Assembly (NCBI GenBank): GCA_964564025.1
Contig: CAZLZO010000005.1
Coordinates: forward strand, 712 to 64,711
Direction: 5' to 3'
DNA: 64,000 bases
Source of the DNA: an uncultured Desulfurococcales archaeon
Lineage (GTDB): Archaea; Thermoproteota; Thermoprotei_A; EX4484-217-1
The notes under the pieces are model-generated. The model worked only from the letters and a program-made list of their open reading frames with translations, was not told where the DNA came from and made no database searches. Shown here in pieces: positions 60,486 to 64,000 of this stretch; position 1 is the first letter of the stretch, and each line of letters opens with the position of its first letter. The position numbers and the translations under genes are program-made.

Positions 60486-61337
60486 ATGGTACGACCCCCT
60501 GCAGTTGCTGGCCTCTTTTACGAAGGCGAACCTATGCTTTTAAAAAGACAAATTGAAGAAGTTTTTAAGCACCCTTTAGGCCCAGGAAAACTTCCTCAAG
60601 TAAAAATTAAGGGGCCTAGAGAAATAGTTGGTATTGTCTCACCCCATGCTGGCTATATTTATTCGGGACCTGTAGCTGCACATGGCTTCTTCGAATTAGC
60701 CCTAGACGGTAAACCAGATGTTTTTGTAATATTAGGACCTAATCATACAGGATTAGGCTCTCCTGTTTCAACGATGCTAGACAACTGGACTACACCTTTC
60801 GGAGAAGTTCCCGTAGATAAGGGTTTGGCTAAGGAAATTGCTAAACGTAGTGAAATAGTTGACATAGATCCTGTAGCTCACAGATATGAACATTCAATAG
60901 AAGTTCAGCTACCATTTCTACAGTACGTCTTCGGACAAATAACATTCGTGCCAATAACCATGATGTGGCAAACACCTGAAGTTGCTGAGAAAGTAGCTAA
61001 AGCAATATATGATGCCTCAGTTGAGCTTGGTAAAGACATTGTAATAATAGCAAGTACTGATTTAAACCACTATGAACCTCAAAACATTACGGTTAAGAAG
61101 GATAAATTAGCCATAAATGCTATATTGAAAATGGATTCTGAAGCGCTTTCTAAGATACTTGAAGGACATGATATTTCAATGTGTGGACCTGGCCCTACCA
61201 TGGTGCTTATTGAATATGCTAAACTGATGGGAAATGTTGAGACACGGCTTCTTAAACACGCAACTTCAGGTGATGTGACTGGAGATTTATCAGCAGTAGT
61301 AGGGTATGCTTCAATAGTCTTTCGTAAGAAGTTTTAA
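60486..61337 (+). CDS. MEMO1 family protein
   Basis: RPPAVAG.FY, PHAGY.YSG, EHSIEVQLPFLQ, ASTDLNHY, SMCG, VVGYAS. Confidence 0.95.
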   Translation: MVRPPAVAGLFYEGEPMLLKRQIEEVFKHPLGPGKLPQVKIKGPREIVGIVSPHAGYIYSGPVAAHGFFELALDGKPDVFVILGPNHTGLGSPVSTMLDNWTTPFGEVPVDKGLAKEIAKRSEIVDIDPVAHRYEHSIEVQLPFLQYVFGQITFVPITMMWQTPEVAEKVAKAIYDASVELGKDIVIIASTDLNHYEPQNITVKKDKLAINAILKMDSEALSKILEGHDISMCGPGPTMVLIEYAKLMGNVETRLLKHATSGDVTGDLSAVVGYASIVFRKKF

Positions 61338-61344
61338 GGAATGT

Positions 61345-62175
61345 TTGAAAATGGAAAAGTATAGTGTAAAATATAGCATTCCGTTCCTCGGAACAATAAT
61401 CTACAGGCGAAGAAATCCCATAATAGCTGCTATAACTGACAGAGAAGTTGTTTTTGAAGTATCTGTTTCAAAACTTCCTGGAGAGAAAAATATTTTTAAG
61501 ATTAAAGGAGTTACTTTTGAAAAAATTTTAAAACATTTCCTTAACGAATATCTTCAAGGCATTGGAGAAGTCGGAGTTAATGTAGAAATTAATGTTCTAT
61601 CAAATCCGGGACTCATTGAAATTTCTACATACGCTTCCTTAAGTGGAGTACTGATGAGAATTCTTGGAGAAAAACTAGGGTATAGTGTAGACTTTGATGA
61701 TATAATTCGCTATTCGCCTCTACTTGAATGTGAGGAAACATTAAACTATCTTCCAATAATTATGGCTTTAAGAGTGTCTTCCCTTCAAGGGTTAAGCGTA
61801 ATTTATAGGTTAAGTGAGGGCTATGTTAAGTTACCTTCAAAAACACCTATAGACATATATGTTGTAGCCATAGAGTCCCCACTTACTTCGAGAAATATAG
61901 AGTACAGTGAGTTTAAAGACTACTTTGTCCATTTAGAGGGCAGGAATGTTATAGAGGCTGCTAGAGCAATTCGGGAAAACAAAGTACCATATGAGAACAT
62001 AGTTTTTGAAGAAGCTATGCAACATGTTTTCTATAGATTAGAGGATGAAATCGATCTTAACATATACTATAGAGGGAAGTGTGTAGCGTTTCCCGACTTA
62101 AACTATAAGACTGTGCTTGTATGTTTTAAAAAACCTGAAACAGAGTTTAAGGGTAAGTTGAAGACTTTTGTTTAA
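61345..62175 (+). CDS. divergent GHMP-kinase-like protein at the mevalonate kinase locus
   Basis: Position between MEMO1 and IPK; hydrophobic pattern resembles the MVK N-terminus, but GEH and PxGxGLGSS motifs are missing. Confidence 0.5.
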   Translation: MKMEKYSVKYSIPFLGTIIYRRRNPIIAAITDREVVFEVSVSKLPGEKNIFKIKGVTFEKILKHFLNEYLQGIGEVGVNVEINVLSNPGLIEISTYASLSGVLMRILGEKLGYSVDFDDIIRYSPLLECEETLNYLPIIMALRVSSLQGLSVIYRLSEGYVKLPSKTPIDIYVVAIESPLTSRNIEYSEFKDYFVHLEGRNVIEAARAIRENKVPYENIVFEEAMQHVFYRLEDEIDLNIYYRGKCVAFPDLNYKTVLVCFKKPETEFKGKLKTFV

Positions 62176-62193
62176 AATTTATGTTGAGGGTCC

Positions 62194-62991
62194 GTGTTGT
62201 TAATCGTAATTAAAATAGGTGGAAGTGTAATCACAGATAAGAGGAAGCCTTTTAAGATAAGAAAGAATGTAGTCAGAAGATTAGCTAGAGAGTTAAAGGA
62301 AGCATTACATAGTGATAGTAGGTTAAAAGTAATCATAGTTCATGGTGGGGGTTCTTTTGGACATTATGTTGCGTTAAAACATTTAGGCAGAGGTAAAATT
62401 TCTTCTCAAGGATTCATTGAAATTCACGAGGCAATGGTTCGGTTAAATACGTTCTTTATTAGGGAGCTTAGAAGAGAGGGTGTTTTAGCGGAAACCGTAC
62501 ATACATCATCCGCCGTTATTTTAAAAAACGGGGAAATTTTCGAAGCTAACATTAAAGCAGTAAGTGGCTTCCTTGAGAATAGGATAGTTCCCGTTCTATA
62601 TGGTGATGTTGTTTACGATTTGGTTAAAGGTTTTACTATAGTGTCAGGAGACACATTAGCAGCGTTTTTAGCTGAAAAATTAAAAGCTAGCCTCATAGCT
62701 TACGTAACAAATGTCAATGGAATTTACAGAACATACCCTCCAAAACATGGACTAAATGACCTCATACCTCAAATTAATTTAAGAACCTATAATTTAAGCG
62801 GTAAAATGTTTAAACATGTAGGGTACGATGTAACTGGAGGTATGGCTTTTAAACTATTAGAACTTAAAAAATACATAAGCTGCAAACATCCTATAAAAGC
62901 AGTAATATTTAATGGTTTGAAAAAGGGCTTCCTAAAGAATATTCTCTTAGGTAAAAAGGTTAAAGTGAAAACAGAAATTAAGGTGTGTTGA
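62194..62991 (+). CDS. ipk: isopentenyl phosphate kinase
   Basis: IKIGGSVITDK, HGGGSFGH, PVLYGDV, SGD, DVTGGM..K. Confidence 0.92.
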   Translation: MLLIVIKIGGSVITDKRKPFKIRKNVVRRLARELKEALHSDSRLKVIIVHGGGSFGHYVALKHLGRGKISSQGFIEIHEAMVRLNTFFIRELRREGVLAETVHTSSAVILKNGEIFEANIKAVSGFLENRIVPVLYGDVVYDLVKGFTIVSGDTLAAFLAEKLKASLIAYVTNVNGIYRTYPPKHGLNDLIPQINLRTYNLSGKMFKHVGYDVTGGMAFKLLELKKYISCKHPIKAVIFNGLKKGFLKNILLGKKVKVKTEIKVC

Positions 62992-63001
62992 ACTGGATAA
63001 A

Positions 63002-64000
63002 GTGGATGAAATAAAATTTAGGAAAATAGAGCACATAGACATTTGCTTAAACGAATATGTTGAGTCAAGGGTTTCTCCAGGCTTTTCCGACGTACATTTT
63101 GTGCATTTTTCACTTCCAGAAGTCAACTATGCTGAAGTCTCACTTAAGACACGTTTTCTAGGAAAGCAGCTTAAAGCGCCGCTCATAATAACTGGTATGA
63201 CTGGGGGTCATCCGGAAACATATGAGATAAATAAAGTGTTAGCGGAAGTTGCTGAGAAACTTGGATTGGGTTTAGGTGTAGGGTCTCAAAGAGCTGCTTT
63301 AGAGAATCCGAAATTGGAATATACATTTTCTGTTGTTAAAGAATATGCGCCGACAATTCTTAAAATAGCTAACATAGGTTTCGTTCAAGCTAAAAGATAC
63401 AGTATTGATAAGATTCTTAAGGCTATAGAAATGATAGATGCTGACGCCTTAGCAATACACTTAAACCCTCTTCAAGAGTGTGTGCAAATAGAAGGTGATA
63501 GAGATTTCAAAGGGATACTGAAAAGAATAGCTAAAATATCAAAGGAGCTACCGGTTCCCGTTATTGTTAAAGAAACAGGTGCCGGAATTTCATATGAGGT
63601 AGCTAAGGAAATAGCTGAGGAGACAGAGGTTAGAGCAATAGATGTTTCAGGTCTAGGAGGTACAAGCTGGTCAGCTGTTGAAATGTATAGGGCTAGGAGA
63701 AGGGGGAATAGGTTTAGAGAAAACATAGCCAAAACATTTTGGGATTGGGGAATTCCAACGACAGTTTCAATAGTGGAAGTTAGGTTTGCATCTACTCGCT
63801 TTGAAATAATAGGTAGCGGTGGAGTAAGGTCAGGTATAGATGCAGCTAAGGCGTTAGCGTTAGGGGCTAATGTTGCCGGAATAGCTTTACCTGCATTAAA
63901 AGCCACTGTTAAGGGATCTAAGAAGCTTGAAGAGTTTCTTAAGGTATTTATTGAGGAAATACGTGTAGCTATGGTTTTAACAGGTTCTCGAAGCATTGAA
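63002..64000 (+). CDS. fni: type 2 isopentenyl-diphosphate isomerase, truncated at the window end
   Basis: Hand translation from GTG 63002: RK.EHI.ICL, ITGMTGG, GVGSQRA, IANIG, HLNPLQE, VKETGAG, GGTSW, SGGVRSG.DAAKA.ALGA. Confidence 0.95.
   Translation, partial: MDEIKFRKIEHIDICLNEYVESRVSPGFSDVHFVHFSLPEVNYAEVSLKTRFLGKQLKAPLIITGMTGGHPETYEINKVLAEVAEKLGLGLGVGSQRAALENPKLEYTFSVVKEYAPTILKIANIGFVQAKRYSIDKILKAIEMIDADALAIHLNPLQECVQIEGDRDFKGILKRIAKISKELPVPVIVKETGAGISYEVAKEIAEETEVRAIDVSGLGGTSWSAVEMYRARRRGNRFRENIAKTFWDWGIPTTVSIVEVRFASTRFEIIGSGGVRSGIDAAKALALGANVAGIALPALKATVKGSKKLEEFLKVFIEEIRVAMVLTGSRSIE

Noticed and set aside
63472..63996. 174-aa minus ORF and many other antisense ORFs (e.g. 3075-3632, 5043-5474, 19877-20287, 41732-42121, 47364-47777)
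   Set aside because: They lie opposite well-supported genes and show the Ser/Leu/Ile/Pro-rich composition of shadow ORFs.
1..64000. CRISPR array, rRNA genes, transposases
   Set aside because: No regularly spaced repeats, long GC-rich RNA genes or transposase-like ORFs were seen by eye.

Overview
AT-rich archaeal chromosome segment, most consistent with a hyperthermophilic Thermoprotei (crenarchaeal) genome: cbf5 carries a bulge-helix-bulge mRNA intron, C/D-box sRNAs are present and the ribosomal proteins are of the crenarchaeal type. Contents in order: a truncated MoxR-like AAA ATPase; a complete A1AO ATP synthase operon (H-I-K-E-C-F-A-B-D-DUF61, minus strand) whose A subunit holds a 529-aa LAGLIDADG intein; feoA, trxB, an MgtE-like transporter, valS, an M29 aminopeptidase, adenine deaminase, argG-argH, a wHTH-nuclease, PCNA and ileS; a SPOUT methylase; the S10/spc-like ribosomal cluster (rpl2 and rps19 absent) through secY, adk, cmk, cbf5 and tRNA-Ser(TGA); an accessory block of about 9 kb (methyltransferase, hemerythrin pseudogene, sugar ABC transporter, SIS deaminase, GatZ/KbaZ protein); then rps13-rps4-rps11-rpoD-rpl18e-rpl13-rps9-rpoN-rps2, MEMO1, a degenerate mevalonate-kinase-like gene, IPK and IDI-2. 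The most notable unannotated structure is at the rpl2/rps19 gap. There a promoter-like element and a 20-codon leader ORF precede a 20-bp stem that buries the RBS and start codon of an orphan gene. Also notable: three C/D-box sRNA candidates (one apparently box-swapped with tRNA-complementary guides), a possible two-step galactosamine/tagatose route, and a 32-aa Lys-rich micro-ORF with a strong SD. All calls come from reading the sequence; no database searches were run.
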